Source: an uncultured candidate division Zixibacteria bacterium (GTDB lineage: Bacteria; Zixibacteria; MSB-5A5; GN15; PGXB01). Taken from it: a DNA stretch of 64,000 bases. Positions 9,913-21,327 of the stretch are shown in pieces. How positions within the stretch are numbered: position 1 is the stretch's first letter; each line of letters opens with the position of its first letter. The stretch covers positions 2,432,001 through 2,496,000 of the forward strand of contig OY969724.1 of assembly GCA_963702205.1 (NCBI GenBank), written 5' to 3'. A program made the translations under genes and the position numbers. Under the pieces are notes generated by a model, which saw only the letters and a list, made by a program, of their open reading frames with translations, was not told the DNA's origin and ran no database searches.

Positions 9913-11925
9913 GTGTCTAAATTCGTCCTTGATTTGTTCTTTGCCTCGACGTTTGCCGTCCTGTTGTTGATATTGCTGCGCACCAGGAATAAACTGTTTA
10001 CGGAAAACCGGTCGAGTTTCAATTATTCGGTGACCGGCCTTCTGGCTTTGTTTTTCGTGTCGATCATCCAATTGAGCGCCAACCAGCGGCTGTTCGGGGC
10101 AGTGCCGTTTTTATCGGAGCCGATGTATGCTGAAATGGTTCAGATTATCGGAATCATATCGGGTATCACGCTGCTGGTGGCCGGCGCCTCAATGTGGATA
10201 CCGAGCAGAAAAAAGAATAAAAGCGCCGATGTTGAGCCCAATACGGCCGCGGATATTGCCTGGCGAATTAAGCTGGAGGTCGTCAGATCGAAACAACCGG
10301 ACTTTATATTCGATGAACTTCCGGTCAGCATAATGCAGGCTTTCGGTTTCGATGGGTTTGCAGTCCTGAAATATTCCAGTCGGTCCCGAAAAGTTTATCT
10401 GGCCAATCACAGCGGCATCAGGCCGGAGTATTATGACCAGATTATGAAGTCCATTAAGAGCCGCAAGGATCAGGCGGAGATTTTCGGCTGCGTTTGCCGT
10501 CTCGGTCACCCGGCCGCCGAAGTGCCGGTCCGCGTCCAGGTCCGACAGGCAGCAGGGATATATTTCTGGAAAACCAGTATCGACAAAGCCAGTGAGTCGG
10601 ACCAGATTGCTTTAAACCGGATTTCGGAAATGGTATCATCTCATTTTGGTGCACATTTTCAAAAAATTAAATCCGAATATTACGAAACAAGCTGGCGTCA
10701 TTATTTTCAGGCGGTGGATATTCTCCGCGGCAAGGGGTCGCTTAAAGGCCGGATGCAGCTTCTGTCGCAGCTGTTTCATCAGGCGGTCGGCAGCGAATAT
10801 TTCTCGCTGGCGGTAATGCTCAACGGCCGGGAAAATATTCGCCAGTATACGTGTGGTCTCAACGGCAACACGCTTCTCGACGGACATTCCAATCCGATCC
10901 GTCAAAGCGCATATTTCGGTCAGGTCATAGACTCGGGCGCGGGGATAATTGTCCACGATGCGACGAAGTCGGAGCTGGTTTCCAATGAATCGTTGATTGT
11001 CGAATGCGGTCAAAACAGCCTTATAGCGATACCATTGTTCAGTATGGGGCGGACACTGGGGATCCTGACGCTGGGTCACAAACGGGCCGGATATTTCAAT
11101 CACCGGCGGTTGCTGCGGGCCGAAATGCTGGCCTCAGCATTGACCCCCGCGGTGGAGAAAGAGCTGGGGCAGGCCGCTGTCGAGGGACGCGAGAGATATT
11201 TGAGTGCCCTTCTGACTTTCGACCGCGACAGCGAGAATATACAAAACGTCGATCAACTGCTGAATCGGGCGGCGGAAATTATAGAGAAAAGCCTTTCGAC
11301 CACGATGGTTCGAATTGTCACATTGGGATCGGACAACATCAGCCTGTCCACGAAGGCGCTGCACACGGTTCGTCCGTTTGACCGGGGAGAAGTCGATTCG
11401 GTTAATTTGTCGTCCAAAACGACGTTCTGGCATCACCTGGCGGCTCACGAGCAGAGGCCGATGCTTATCAATCAGGAAGACGCCGAAACCCGCATGAATA
11501 AAAATGAAGCCGGTGCTCTGGTGTTCGATACGGTGCGCTCGGCGCTGATAGTCCCGATTACGATCAACGGGCTGACTTTCGGACTGATCACGCTGGGTGA
11601 AGAGCGTAACTGGCAGAGATATTCCTACGATGCCGCGGCGATCAATTTCGTACGGGAGATGGCGGCTCGTCTGGGTATGGCGGTCAAGCTGCTCAAGTTC
11701 AGTCAGGCGCTGATAACGGACCGCGGGGTTGGACGCATTGCGGAAAGTACCGAAGGACGTAAGCATCTGATTAATCGGCTGAAATCACCGGCGAGCACGA
11801 TACGCGGGTCTCTCGATTTGCTGAAACGTGGTGAGGGTCTGGACGCTGATCGGTCGGGTCGACTGATGTCGATGATGGATGAATCGACCGAAAGGATTAT
11901 GGCATTGTTGAACGAAGGCGAATAA
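9913..11925 (+). CDS. Membrane protein with ~3 TM helices, tandem GAF domains and a degenerate HisKA-like tail; no HATPase
   Basis: GAF signatures SLIAIPL…TLGILTLG and SALIVPI…TFGLITLG; terminal INRLKSPASTIRGSLDLL resembles an H-box without His. Confidence 0.75.
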   Translation: MSKFVLDLFFASTFAVLLLILLRTRNKLFTENRSSFNYSVTGLLALFFVSIIQLSANQRLFGAVPFLSEPMYAEMVQIIGIISGITLLVAGASMWIPSRKKNKSADVEPNTAADIAWRIKLEVVRSKQPDFIFDELPVSIMQAFGFDGFAVLKYSSRSRKVYLANHSGIRPEYYDQIMKSIKSRKDQAEIFGCVCRLGHPAAEVPVRVQVRQAAGIYFWKTSIDKASESDQIALNRISEMVSSHFGAHFQKIKSEYYETSWRHYFQAVDILRGKGSLKGRMQLLSQLFHQAVGSEYFSLAVMLNGRENIRQYTCGLNGNTLLDGHSNPIRQSAYFGQVIDSGAGIIVHDATKSELVSNESLIVECGQNSLIAIPLFSMGRTLGILTLGHKRAGYFNHRRLLRAEMLASALTPAVEKELGQAAVEGRERYLSALLTFDRDSENIQNVDQLLNRAAEIIEKSLSTTMVRIVTLGSDNISLSTKALHTVRPFDRGEVDSVNLSSKTTFWHHLAAHEQRPMLINQEDAETRMNKNEAGALVFDTVRSALIVPITINGLTFGLITLGEERNWQRYSYDAAAINFVREMAARLGMAVKLLKFSQALITDRGVGRIAESTEGRKHLINRLKSPASTIRGSLDLLKRGEGLDADRSGRLMSMMDESTERIMALLNEGE

Positions 11926-12014
11926 CACGTTCCGTTGATTTTAGGGCTTCACGGCACAATTTAAACGCAGGCGATAAAGCGCTTGCGTTTTTATTTACAG
12001 GTCATATATTGCGG

Positions 12015-12137
12015 CAGATTCTTCGGGGTGGGGTGAAAATCCCCGACCGGCGGTGACAGGCCGCGAGCCGGCTTCGGCTGGCAGAACCGGTGAAATTCCG
12101 GTCCCGACGGTATAGTCCGGATGGGAGAAGGATTCTG
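12015..12137 (+). ncRNA. FMN riboswitch (RFN element)
   Basis: CTTCGGGGTGGGGTGAAAATCCCCGACCGGCGGT…GGTGAAATTCCGG…CCGACGGTATAGTCCGGATGGGAGAAG directly upstream of the rib operon. Confidence 0.97.
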
Positions 12138-12171
12138 ATTAGCTATTTTTATAGCTATATCCGGTTTGTAC

Positions 12172-12195
12172 ACCCCGAAAAGACGGGGTTTTTTT
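12172..12195 (+). terminator. Intrinsic terminator (riboswitch expression platform)
   Basis: ACCCCG-aaaaga-CGGGGT followed by a T run, ending at the ribD ATG. Confidence 0.8.
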
Positions 12196-13281
12196 ATGGA
12201 CCGCGATATTGACAGGAAATTCATGAGACTGGCCCTCGACCTGGCCCAAAAGGCCGAGGGGTATACGTCGCCCAACCCGATGGTCGGAGCGGTTGTAGTC
12301 AAGAATGGTCGCGTAATCGGACAGGGATATCACCGCCGGGTTGGCTCGCCGCATGCCGAAATAGAAGCCCTCAAGAATGCCCCTGGGAGCGTCAAGGGCG
12401 CGACATTGTATGTTACGCTGGAGCCGTGCTGCCACCGGGGCCGAACCGGCCCGTGCGCGCCGGAAATTATCGAAGCCGGGATTAGGCGGGTGGTTTATGC
12501 CATGAAGGACCCCAATCCGTTGGTAGCGGGCAAAGGGGCGGTGATGCTCCGCAAGGGGGGGCTTGAAGTTAGAAGTGGCGTCTTGAAATCTGAGGCGGCG
12601 CGCCTCAATGAAAAATACCTGAAATTCATGCAGACCGGGCGGCCGTTTGTGAGCCTTAAGCTGGCACTAACGATGGATGGTCGTATCGCCACGAGATCGG
12701 GTGATTCCAAGTGGATTACAAGCCCGAGGTCGCGCAAGCTGGTGCATAAGCTTCGCGCTTCCCACGACGCGGTTGTGGTCGGAGCTCAGACGGTCCGGGC
12801 GGACAATCCGAGCCTTACAGTGCGCCTGGTCAAAGGCAGGAATCCATATCGAATTGTTATTACGTCGAAATTCAATATTTCCCGCAAAAGCCGGATTTTC
12901 GACGAAAACGATGATGCTCATACGATTGTAGCCGTCCCGGAAAAGTCGTCGATTAAGGCCAATTACAAGAACCCGACCATCTGGTCAGTTAAGAAAACCA
13001 GAGACGGGATTTCATTGTTGGATTTTGTGGAGAAGGCCGGGGCTTTCGGGATTACGTCGCTTCTGGTCGAAGGGGGCGGCCGTCTGGCGTCGGAATTTCT
13101 GAAAGCAAGACTGGTGGATAAAGTTTATTTATTTACGGCCCCTAAAATTATCGGCCGGGGGATTGAAGCTGTGGATGATCTGGGCATAAAGAAAATCGAA
13201 AAGGCCGTGACGTTTCGAAACGGGGTTTTTGAAATGGTGGGCCCGGACGTGCTGTTTACCGGGTACCCGGAGTATAAGTGA
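12196..13281 (+). CDS. ribD: Riboflavin biosynthesis deaminase/reductase
   Basis: PNPMVGAV, HAE, TLEPCCH…GPC, VEGGG; ATG 12196 preferred as start. Confidence 0.97.
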   Translation: MDRDIDRKFMRLALDLAQKAEGYTSPNPMVGAVVVKNGRVIGQGYHRRVGSPHAEIEALKNAPGSVKGATLYVTLEPCCHRGRTGPCAPEIIEAGIRRVVYAMKDPNPLVAGKGAVMLRKGGLEVRSGVLKSEAARLNEKYLKFMQTGRPFVSLKLALTMDGRIATRSGDSKWITSPRSRKLVHKLRASHDAVVVGAQTVRADNPSLTVRLVKGRNPYRIVITSKFNISRKSRIFDENDDAHTIVAVPEKSSIKANYKNPTIWSVKKTRDGISLLDFVEKAGAFGITSLLVEGGGRLASEFLKARLVDKVYLFTAPKIIGRGIEAVDDLGIKKIEKAVTFRNGVFEMVGPDVLFTGYPEYK

Positions 13282-13282
13282 T

Positions 13283-13918
13283 ATGTTTACCGGAATAATA
13301 GAAACGGTCGGGACGATTAAGAAGCCGGGGAACAAAGGCAATTACCGACTGCTTACGGTCGAGCCGGAGAAGCCTTTCAATGATGTCCAGATTGGGGAAT
13401 CGATTGCGGTGGACGGGTGCTGTCTTACGGTTACTAATTTCGACAAAAGAGCATTTACGGTCGAGGCATCACAGGAGACGTTGGCGACTGCGATTGTGGG
13501 GGACTACAAAACCGGGACAAAGGTAAACTTGGAGCGAGCACTTCTTCCGACCGGCCGCCTGGGCGGGCACATCGTATCCGGGCATATTGATTGTATAGCG
13601 AATATATTAAATACAAATAGAATAGGGGAGTCACTTGAAGTAATAGTTGATTATCCGAAAGAGTTCGAGATGTTTCTTGTATCCAAGGGGTCGATTGCGA
13701 TCAACGGTATCAGTCTGACTATTAATCGGGTCGATGAAAAAGGCTTCTCGGTCAACCTGATACCGCACACGCAGGGGGAGACGTCGCCGGATACATTCAA
13801 AAAGAAAAATAAAGTAAATCTGGAGTTTGATATACTCGGCAAATATGTATATCGGCTTCGGAGTTTAAAACCGACCGCCGGTCTGACTCTTGACAAACTT
13901 TCCGAGAGCGGCTGGTAA
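13283..13918 (+). CDS. ribE: Riboflavin synthase alpha chain
   Basis: MFTGII start, [23 protein letters not shown]. Confidence 0.97.
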   Translation: MFTGIIETVGTIKKPGNKGNYRLLTVEPEKPFNDVQIGESIAVDGCCLTVTNFDKRAFTVEASQETLATAIVGDYKTGTKVNLERALLPTGRLGGHIVSGHIDCIANILNTNRIGESLEVIVDYPKEFEMFLVSKGSIAINGISLTINRVDEKGFSVNLIPHTQGETSPDTFKKKNKVNLEFDILGKYVYRLRSLKPTAGLTLDKLSESGW

Positions 13919-13935
13919 TAAAAGAGTGATGTAAC

Positions 13936-15144
13936 ATGATACAATTTGACAGAATATCATCGGCTATCGAGGACATCCGTGAAGGCAAAATGGTGATTGT
14001 CGTCGATGATGAGGACCGCGAAAACGAAGGCGACCTTATCATGGCGGCGGAGAAAGTCACGCCCGAGGCGATCAATTTCATGGCCAAGTACGGCCGAGGG
14101 CTGATCTGTGCGGCGCTCAACAAACAGCGGCTGGATGAACTTCAGTTGTTTCCAATGGCCGCGGATAACACCTCGAAGTATGGCACCAGGTTCACCGTAT
14201 CGGTCGACGCCTATCACGGCACGACGACCGGCATATCGGCCGCCGACCGGGCCAGGACGGTTTTGGTGCTGGCCGATGAAAACTCGGTCCCACAGGATTT
14301 GAGTCGTCCGGGGCATATTTTCCCGATTCAGGCGGTGGGTGGTGGTGTTTTACGTAGAGCGGGCCACACGGAGACCTCGGTCGATCTGGCTCGTCTGGCC
14401 GGATTCAAACCCGCCGGTGTTCTGTGCGAGATAATGGACGACGACGGGACGATGGCTCGGGTGCCGCGCCTGTATGAAATGGCCCAGGAATTCGGGCTGA
14501 GGCTGATAACGGTCAAGGATTTGATCGAATATCGCCGCCGGACCGAAAAGCACGTCATGAAGCTCAGCGAGGTCGATTTCCCGACCAAATTCGGACATTT
14601 TAAACTGTTTCTATATGGCAACGATCTGGATGAAAAAAATCACCTGGCGTTGGTCAAAGGTGACGTCAAGAAGCAGGAAAACGTGCTGGTGCGGGTGCAT
14701 TCGGAATGTTTGACGGGCGACGTTTTCGGCTCCCAGCGATGCGATTGCGGGTCGCAGCTGCACCGGGCGATGGAGATGATAGAAAAAGAGGGGCGCGGCG
14801 TGCTGCTTTATATGCGGCAGGAGGGCCGGGGGATCGGCCTGACCAACAAGATCAAAGCCTACGCCCTTCAGGACTGCGGGAGAGATACGGTCGAGGCCAA
14901 TGAAGAGCTCGGGTTCGCGGCGGATTTGCGGGATTATGGAATCGGAGCGCAGATCCTGGCCGACCTCGGTCTGACTTCAATTCGGCTGTTGACCAATAAT
15001 CCTCGCAAGATTGTCGGGCTCGACGGTCACGGTTTGACAGTCGCCGAGCGGGTGCCGATTTTGTGCGAAACGAATAAGTACAATACGAAATATTTAAGAA
15101 CAAAAAGGGACAAGCTGGGGCATTTTTTGTCCAGCACAATATAG
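13936..15144 (+). CDS. ribBA: Bifunctional DHBP synthase / GTP cyclohydrolase II
   Basis: [40 protein letters not shown]. Confidence 0.98.
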   Translation: MIQFDRISSAIEDIREGKMVIVVDDEDRENEGDLIMAAEKVTPEAINFMAKYGRGLICAALNKQRLDELQLFPMAADNTSKYGTRFTVSVDAYHGTTTGISAADRARTVLVLADENSVPQDLSRPGHIFPIQAVGGGVLRRAGHTETSVDLARLAGFKPAGVLCEIMDDDGTMARVPRLYEMAQEFGLRLITVKDLIEYRRRTEKHVMKLSEVDFPTKFGHFKLFLYGNDLDEKNHLALVKGDVKKQENVLVRVHSECLTGDVFGSQRCDCGSQLHRAMEMIEKEGRGVLLYMRQEGRGIGLTNKIKAYALQDCGRDTVEANEELGFAADLRDYGIGAQILADLGLTSIRLLTNNPRKIVGLDGHGLTVAERVPILCETNKYNTKYLRTKRDKLGHFLSSTI

Positions 15145-15630
15145 GTGAATGATATGAAATATAATGAAATCATCGGAAAGCTCGATGCCTCCGGGCTCAA
15201 GTTCGGGCTGGTGGTGAGCCGTTTCAATGAGCTGTTGACGTCGAAGCTTTTGGAAGGGGCGGTCGACTGCCTGGTTCGACATAAGGCGGACGAGAAAAAT
15301 ATCACGGTGGCGCGGGTGCCCGGTTCTTTTGAAATACCGTATGCTGCCTCTCACATGATAAATTCCGGAAAATTCGATGGAGTTATCTGTCTGGGAGCGG
15401 TAGTGCGCGGGGATACGCCGCATTTCGATTATATCGCGGCCGAGGTCTCCAAAGGCATTGCCAAACTGGCCCTGGACAGCGGAAAACCGGTAATTTACGG
15501 TATAATTACTGCCGATACACTGGAACAGGCAATAGAACGGGCGGGAACCAAGGCCGGCAACAAAGGCTGGGACGCCGCCATGGCCGCCATTGAAATGGTC
15601 AACCTTTATAAGAATATAGAGAAATCATGA
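15145..15630 (+). CDS. ribH: 6,7-dimethyl-8-ribityllumazine synthase
   Basis: [26 protein letters not shown]. Confidence 0.98.
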   Translation: MNDMKYNEIIGKLDASGLKFGLVVSRFNELLTSKLLEGAVDCLVRHKADEKNITVARVPGSFEIPYAASHMINSGKFDGVICLGAVVRGDTPHFDYIAAEVSKGIAKLALDSGKPVIYGIITADTLEQAIERAGTKAGNKGWDAAMAAIEMVNLYKNIEKS

Positions 15631-16046
15631 GCAATCGCCATCGTGCGCGGGAATTCGTGCTGAAAGCTTTGTATGCTCTCGAACAAAGCGACAGCGAGGA
15701 ACACCCGGATGTATTTCAGACCCTGACGGCGAACAGCGGTCTCGATAAAAGGACTTTCGAGTTCGCCAAAGCGTTGTTCAAGTATACGTCCGAAAACGTC
15801 ACGGAAATTGACGTCTTTATTCAAAGCCTCGCCTCCAACTGGGATTTGAATCGTATGGCGGTGGTGGATAAAAATATTCTGAGAATGGCTATCGCCGAGG
15901 TGGAATATATGCCCGACGTGCCGGTGAAAGTGGCGATCAATGAGGCGATCGAGCTGGCCAAAAAATACAGTACCATGGAGTCGGCCGCATTCGTGAACGG
16001 CATTCTGGACACGGTCCTTCATAAGGTGGAGGAAAACAGGGATTAA
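15627..16046 (+). CDS. nusB: Transcription antitermination factor NusB
   Basis: [32 protein letters not shown]; follows ribH. Confidence 0.97.
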   Translation: MSNRHRAREFVLKALYALEQSDSEEHPDVFQTLTANSGLDKRTFEFAKALFKYTSENVTEIDVFIQSLASNWDLNRMAVVDKNILRMAIAEVEYMPDVPVKVAINEAIELAKKYSTMESAAFVNGILDTVLHKVEENRD

Positions 16047-16197
16047 GACGGACAGGGCTATTGAATTCCGAAAATAGAGCAGGCGTGGCGATTGCGCCGC
16101 GCCGACTTCGAGCATTTTCGTAGTGGACATATCTCTAAAAATGGTTATATTGGCAAGTCTTAAGTGTATAAGAGCTTAGAGCCCGGCATGACTTATT

Positions 16198-19194
16198 ATG
16201 ACTGATCCTGTAAAAGACAAAATTAGCCGTCCCGATACATTCGATTTCGTAAACGCCGCTATCGCTGCGGCAGTGCTGATTTTCTCGTTCATTATTTTCG
16301 ATTTGACCAAAGCGCCGAGTGTTTCGTTCTGGGATTGCGGCGAATTTATAACTTGTGCCAAAATTCTCGGCGTGGCGCATCCGCCGGGCAATCCTCTTTA
16401 TGCTTTAATATCGCGTATATTTGCCGTCCTGCCAATCGCGGCCGATTTCGCGGTCCGGGTTAATCTGGTGTCCGTGGTCTTTTCGGCATTGACGGCATTG
16501 TTCGGGTATCTGGTCGCGGTGAGGCTGCTGCGGTCGTGGTATGAAGATCAAAATTCGTGGCAGAACAGAATAATTATATATATTGGCGGCTTCACCGGTT
16601 CGCTGTTCATGATATTTGCCAATACCGTCTGGGATAACGGGGTGGAGGCCGAAGTCTATGCCATGGCCATGATGATGATGATGGCTTTCTACTGGCTGGC
16701 TTTGCGCTATCTGGAATGCCGGGATTCATCCAAGGCCGGGCGGCTGATGCTTATGGCGATCTATGTCGCGATGCTGAGCGTGGGAGTGCATCTGACGGCG
16801 TACATTGTCGTGCCGGTCCTGGCTTTTTATTTAATATTCAGGAAGGACGTCGGCAGCCGGCAGTGGGTGCTGCTGTCGATGTATTTCATAGTCGAACTGC
16901 TGCTGATCATGCTTTTGTCGGCGCGTCCTGACGAGCTCCCGGTTTACCTTCCGACTTTAGTCGTGGCGGTTTTATATCTGTTCCATGCGTTGTATATTGG
17001 TAAGTTCGAGCAGCCGATAATTATCACCCTGGGCTTGTTTTTGTTCGCATCGCTGCCATTTTTATTTTACCTCTTAAGTGTCGCCTCAGGGAGTTCGCAG
17101 GTATTTCTTAATAATGTCCCGCTGGCATCGATCGGGCAGGTGTTATTGTTGGCGTGGGCCATTTATAGCTGGTATCAATATTTGACGAACCGAAAAGGCA
17201 AGAACGCGATTGTCTGGATGTTGGCCGGATCGTACGGTGCCGCACCCGCAATTTTGGCCGTAATCGGTACGTTCGCCCACGGATATTATGCATTTTTGGT
17301 CCTGTCCGGGTTGATAGCAATCGGGCTCGCGATTTTGATCTGGCGCGATATAAATCCGGACATATTGATTGCGGTCGGTTCGGTATCGCTGATAATTCTC
17401 GGCTTCTGGCAGTTTATCTGGGGAATGATTATCGGGGGAATAGTCCTGGCTTTGCTGGGCGCCGTGATCAGAAAAATAGGCTGGAAAATTGCGCTTAGTA
17501 TAATTTTGATGTCGGCGATAGCGTGGTCGGTGCACGTGTTTATCCCGATCAGGTCGGCCCATCAGCCGTACATCAATGAAAATAATCCCTCGAAATCGTT
17601 AAGCCAGTTTGTCGGTTATCTGGAGCGCAAGCAGTACGGCAGCAAAACCATGACGGAGAGAATGTTTGCGCGCCGGGCGGAGTGGAAAAACCAGTTCGGG
17701 ACATTTCAGCGCCTGGGATTCTGGGGGTTCTTTGCCGAACAGTACGGTTTGACCGGGAGGAAGTTTTTTATTCCGCTGCTGCTCGGCTTAATCGGCATGT
17801 GGGAGGCGATTCGACGAAAACCCGGGCTGGGACTGCCGCTTTTGATTCTGGTGCTGGTGTGTACGGTGGGATTGATATTGTACATGAACTTCGCCGACGG
17901 AACGCGCGAGAATAAAGTCTATGCGATGGATTACATGGAAGTGCGCAACCGCGATTATTTCTTCACCCCCGGTTTTATGTTGTTCGGGCTGGCGATTGGG
18001 CTGGGGATTGCGGGCGTGCTAGATATTATCCGCGAAGCGGCCAGAGGCCTGGGGAAGAAAGTCGGAAATATCGGGTTTGCGGCGGCATCGCTGCTGGTCC
18101 TGATGCCGATTTTCCCGGTCGCGAACAACTATTTTTATAATGACCGTTCGCGTAATTTCATGGCTTTCGATTATTCCGATAATTACCTGAAATCTTGTCG
18201 CCCCAATGCGATTCTTATTACCAATGGTGACAATGATACCTTTCCGGTCTGGTGTTTACAGCAGGTGTATGGCATTCGCAAGGATGTGAAAATCGTCAAT
18301 TTGTCGTTGGGAAACACCGGGTGGTATATCAGGCAGCTCCGCGACCAACGGGGTGTCCCGATGACGTTTAACGATGCGCAGCTGGAGCATCTCCGGAGTA
18401 TTGTCACACCGAGCGGGGCGGTTTTCAGAATACAGGACCAGCTGGTTGACAACATTATCCAGGCCAACCGCTGGAAGTATCCGATTCAGATGACCTTTAC
18501 GGTACCGCCGGAAAGTCGTCGGTATCAGGGGAAAACGCTCGACAGCAATCTGACGCTCGAGGGGATGGCTTTCACGCTTGTTCCCAACGCCGACGAACCG
18601 GATATAAATTTCGAGCTGACCAGGAAGTTGTTTATGCACGATTTTAATTATCGGGGAATAAACGATCCGACTATTTACCAGAATGAAAGCACGGTGCGAC
18701 TGCTGAATAATTATGCCCAGGGGTTTATCCTGCTGGCCGATTCCTTGAAGAGAGCCGGTGACATCGAGGGGTGCTACGAAATTCTGAATCGGGGTATCGA
18801 AGTCATTCCCGAAGCTTTTGACCTTTATGCATATGAAACACAGGTGTTCGCCGATATCGGGAAGTTAGATACGCTCGATACATTCGTGGAAGAGGCCCCG
18901 ACCGACCGTAAGAAAGAACTGTACTTCAATTACGCGGCTGCGGCCCGGTATAACGGTCGTTATGACGAAGCCAAAAGTGTGCTGGTCAAAGTGCTGGAAA
19001 GATGGCCGGACTATTCCGATGCGTATAAACAACTCATGAATCTTTATTACCAGGATGCGCAGTACGATATGCTGGGCAATCTGCTGCACGACTGGCTGAC
19101 TCGTCATCCGAATGACACGGAGTCTCAACAGTTGGTCAGACAGCTCGACAAAATCAGAAAAGCGGATACCGGGGCGGCAAGGCGGGCTCCGTGA
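16198..19194 (+). CDS. DUF2723/TMEM260-like GT-C glycosyltransferase with C-terminal TPR-like repeats
   Basis: APSVSFWDCGEF, GVAHPPGNPLY, EAEVY, RNRDYFF, GDNDTFP motifs; many TM helices. Confidence 0.88.
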   Translation: MTDPVKDKISRPDTFDFVNAAIAAAVLIFSFIIFDLTKAPSVSFWDCGEFITCAKILGVAHPPGNPLYALISRIFAVLPIAADFAVRVNLVSVVFSALTALFGYLVAVRLLRSWYEDQNSWQNRIIIYIGGFTGSLFMIFANTVWDNGVEAEVYAMAMMMMMAFYWLALRYLECRDSSKAGRLMLMAIYVAMLSVGVHLTAYIVVPVLAFYLIFRKDVGSRQWVLLSMYFIVELLLIMLLSARPDELPVYLPTLVVAVLYLFHALYIGKFEQPIIITLGLFLFASLPFLFYLLSVASGSSQVFLNNVPLASIGQVLLLAWAIYSWYQYLTNRKGKNAIVWMLAGSYGAAPAILAVIGTFAHGYYAFLVLSGLIAIGLAILIWRDINPDILIAVGSVSLIILGFWQFIWGMIIGGIVLALLGAVIRKIGWKIALSIILMSAIAWSVHVFIPIRSAHQPYINENNPSKSLSQFVGYLERKQYGSKTMTERMFARRAEWKNQFGTFQRLGFWGFFAEQYGLTGRKFFIPLLLGLIGMWEAIRRKPGLGLPLLILVLVCTVGLILYMNFADGTRENKVYAMDYMEVRNRDYFFTPGFMLFGLAIGLGIAGVLDIIREAARGLGKKVGNIGFAAASLLVLMPIFPVANNYFYNDRSRNFMAFDYSDNYLKSCRPNAILITNGDNDTFPVWCLQQVYGIRKDVKIVNLSLGNTGWYIRQLRDQRGVPMTFNDAQLEHLRSIVTPSGAVFRIQDQLVDNIIQANRWKYPIQMTFTVPPESRRYQGKTLDSNLTLEGMAFTLVPNADEPDINFELTRKLFMHDFNYRGINDPTIYQNESTVRLLNNYAQGFILLADSLKRAGDIEGCYEILNRGIEVIPEAFDLYAYETQVFADIGKLDTLDTFVEEAPTDRKKELYFNYAAAARYNGRYDEAKSVLVKVLERWPDYSDAYKQLMNLYYQDAQYDMLGNLLHDWLTRHPNDTESQQLVRQLDKIRKADTGAARRAP

Positions 19195-20303
19195 GGATTC
19201 TGGCTTTAAACTGGCAGGACCGGGCCAATCCTCAGGCCGGGGGAGCGGAAGTACATCTGGAGGAACTTCTCAGCCGCATCGTGGCGAGAGGGCACGAAGC
19301 GACTCTGCTCTGCTCCGGCTACCAAAGCGGAGCGGCGGAAGAGAGGGTCCGGGGGATAAATATCATCCGGCGCGGATCGCGCCATAATTTCAATATAGTG
19401 GCGCCGTTTTATTTGAAGCCTCTGGTGAGAAAAGGCAATTTCGATCTTTTATTCGAAGACATAAATAAAATTCCGTTCTATACGCCGCTGTTCGTTAATA
19501 TTCCGACGCTGGTGCACATCCCGCATTTGTTCTCGAAGTCGATTTACCGGGAGACGAATTTTATCACGGCGACGTACGTTTATCTCAACGAACTGCCGCT
19601 GTTCTCGTTTTATAAAGGTGTGAAGTTCAACACGGTGTCGCAATCGACGGCTCTGGATATCGCCTCGCACGGAGTTCCGAAAGAAGATATTTCGATAGTT
19701 TATAACGGCGTCGATAATGACGTTTACAATTTTGATCCTAAACTAAAAAAGTTCGAAGAGCCGACAATATTATATCTGGGCCGGGTCAAAAAATACAAGT
19801 CGGTCGATCATGTCATTCTCGGGTACCAGAAAGTACTGGAAACGCTGCCGGAGGCGCATTTGAAAATCATGGGCGACGGCGATTATCTGGAGGCACTGAA
19901 AAGACTGGCGGTCAGGATCGGGCTGGGGGACAAGGTCGAATTTCTGGGCTATGTCGATCGGGCGACCAAAGTCGATTTGCTGCGCAGGAGTCACGTGGCG
20001 GTTCATCCATCCGTAAAAGAAGGCTGGGGGCTGACCAATATCGAAGCCAACGCCTGCGGGACGGCGGTGGTCGCGGCCGATTCGCCGGGATTGCGCGATT
20101 CGGTGGTCGACGATGAAACGGGATTTTTGTATCCGTACGGTGACATAGATGCGCTGGCATCGAAGCTGGTTAAAATGCTAAGCGATTCCGAAACCCGGGC
20201 GAGGCTTGAAAAGGGCGGTCTGGAATGGTCGAGGAAGTTCCGGTGGGACAGATCATCGGTTGAAATAGAAGAATTGATGCAATCAATTGTGAATGGTGCA
20301 TAA
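19191..20303 (+). CDS. Glycosyltransferase family 4
   Basis: AGGAEVH; EGWGLTNIEANACG (EX7E). Confidence 0.93.
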   Translation: MRILALNWQDRANPQAGGAEVHLEELLSRIVARGHEATLLCSGYQSGAAEERVRGINIIRRGSRHNFNIVAPFYLKPLVRKGNFDLLFEDINKIPFYTPLFVNIPTLVHIPHLFSKSIYRETNFITATYVYLNELPLFSFYKGVKFNTVSQSTALDIASHGVPKEDISIVYNGVDNDVYNFDPKLKKFEEPTILYLGRVKKYKSVDHVILGYQKVLETLPEAHLKIMGDGDYLEALKRLAVRIGLGDKVEFLGYVDRATKVDLLRRSHVAVHPSVKEGWGLTNIEANACGTAVVAADSPGLRDSVVDDETGFLYPYGDIDALASKLVKMLSDSETRARLEKGGLEWSRKFRWDRSSVEIEELMQSIVNGA

Positions 20304-21327
20304 GTGCAGGCAAGCCGGAAAAAAACTATTACGATTATACTGGGGATCGTAATTTCGGTCGGTACTGATCGGAATTATATTTTATAAAGTAGATTTCAAG
20401 GAACTGGGAGCGGCGTTGAGCCGGGCAAATTATGTCTGGATCTTGCCGAACCTATTCTTCGTTGTTTTCGCGATGTTTCAACGGGCCGAGCGCTGGAAGT
20501 ACATGCTGCTTCCGATTACAAGGGTGCCGTATAATAAGCTCCTGGCTGCGACGTGCATCGGGTTTATGGCCAACAACGTGCTGCCGTTGAGACTCGGCGA
20601 GTTCGTCCGGGCGTATTCGCTGTCCAAGCAGGCTCCGAAAGTGACCAAATCGGCGTCACTGGCCACGATTTTCGTCGAGCGTATGGTATTTGACCTGCTG
20701 GCGCTTCTCGGCATCCTGGCGGTCGTGCTTTTGATTGTCGAGTTGCCAGTCGATGACAAGTTTCAGTTCGGGGCGTTTTTGTCGCTGGCGATTGCGATGG
20801 TCGGGCTGATTTTTGCCGTCATTCTGGTGTTGAAACCGGAGGGGTCGAGTCGGCTGCTGACTAAATATCTATTCTTCCTGCCCAATAAAGTCACCGATGC
20901 CATATCCAACACTATCCTCAAATTCAGCAAAGGGCTGCTGTTTTTGAAAAGCTGGCGCTATACGGCGTGGGTCAGCGGGCATACGATTTTTCTCTGGCTG
21001 TTTATGGGCATCTCGAATATTTTCGTGTTCTACGCTTTCGGCTTTCATCTGCCGGTGTATGCATCGTACGTATTGCTGGTAGTCGTCTCGATTTCGATTT
21101 TGATTCCGTCATCGCCGGGTTTCGTGGGAGTTTATCATTACGGTGTTATCTGGACACTTAAATATTTCGGAGTCGATTACGAAAGCGCGCTGTCGTGCGC
21201 AATAGTGCTTCATGCCGCGCAGTTCATTCCCATCACGCTCATGGGCTTTTATTATTTGAAAAAGGAGCATCTTTCTTTAAGGCAGCTCGAACAGGAAGCA
21301 TTAAAGGACGATCCCAATGGTAAATGA
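20304..21327 (+). CDS. Lysylphosphatidylglycerol-synthase-TM (flippase-like) protein; apparent +1 frameshift at ~20361
   Basis: GFMANNVLPLRLGEFVR, VERMVFD, PSSPGFVG; removing one G at 20361 restores an N-terminal TM from GTG 20304. Confidence 0.85.

Noticed and set aside
16669..16683. (ATG)5 repeat as a phase-variation tract
   Set aside because: In-frame triplet encoding a Met run inside a TM helix; slippage would not switch the gene.
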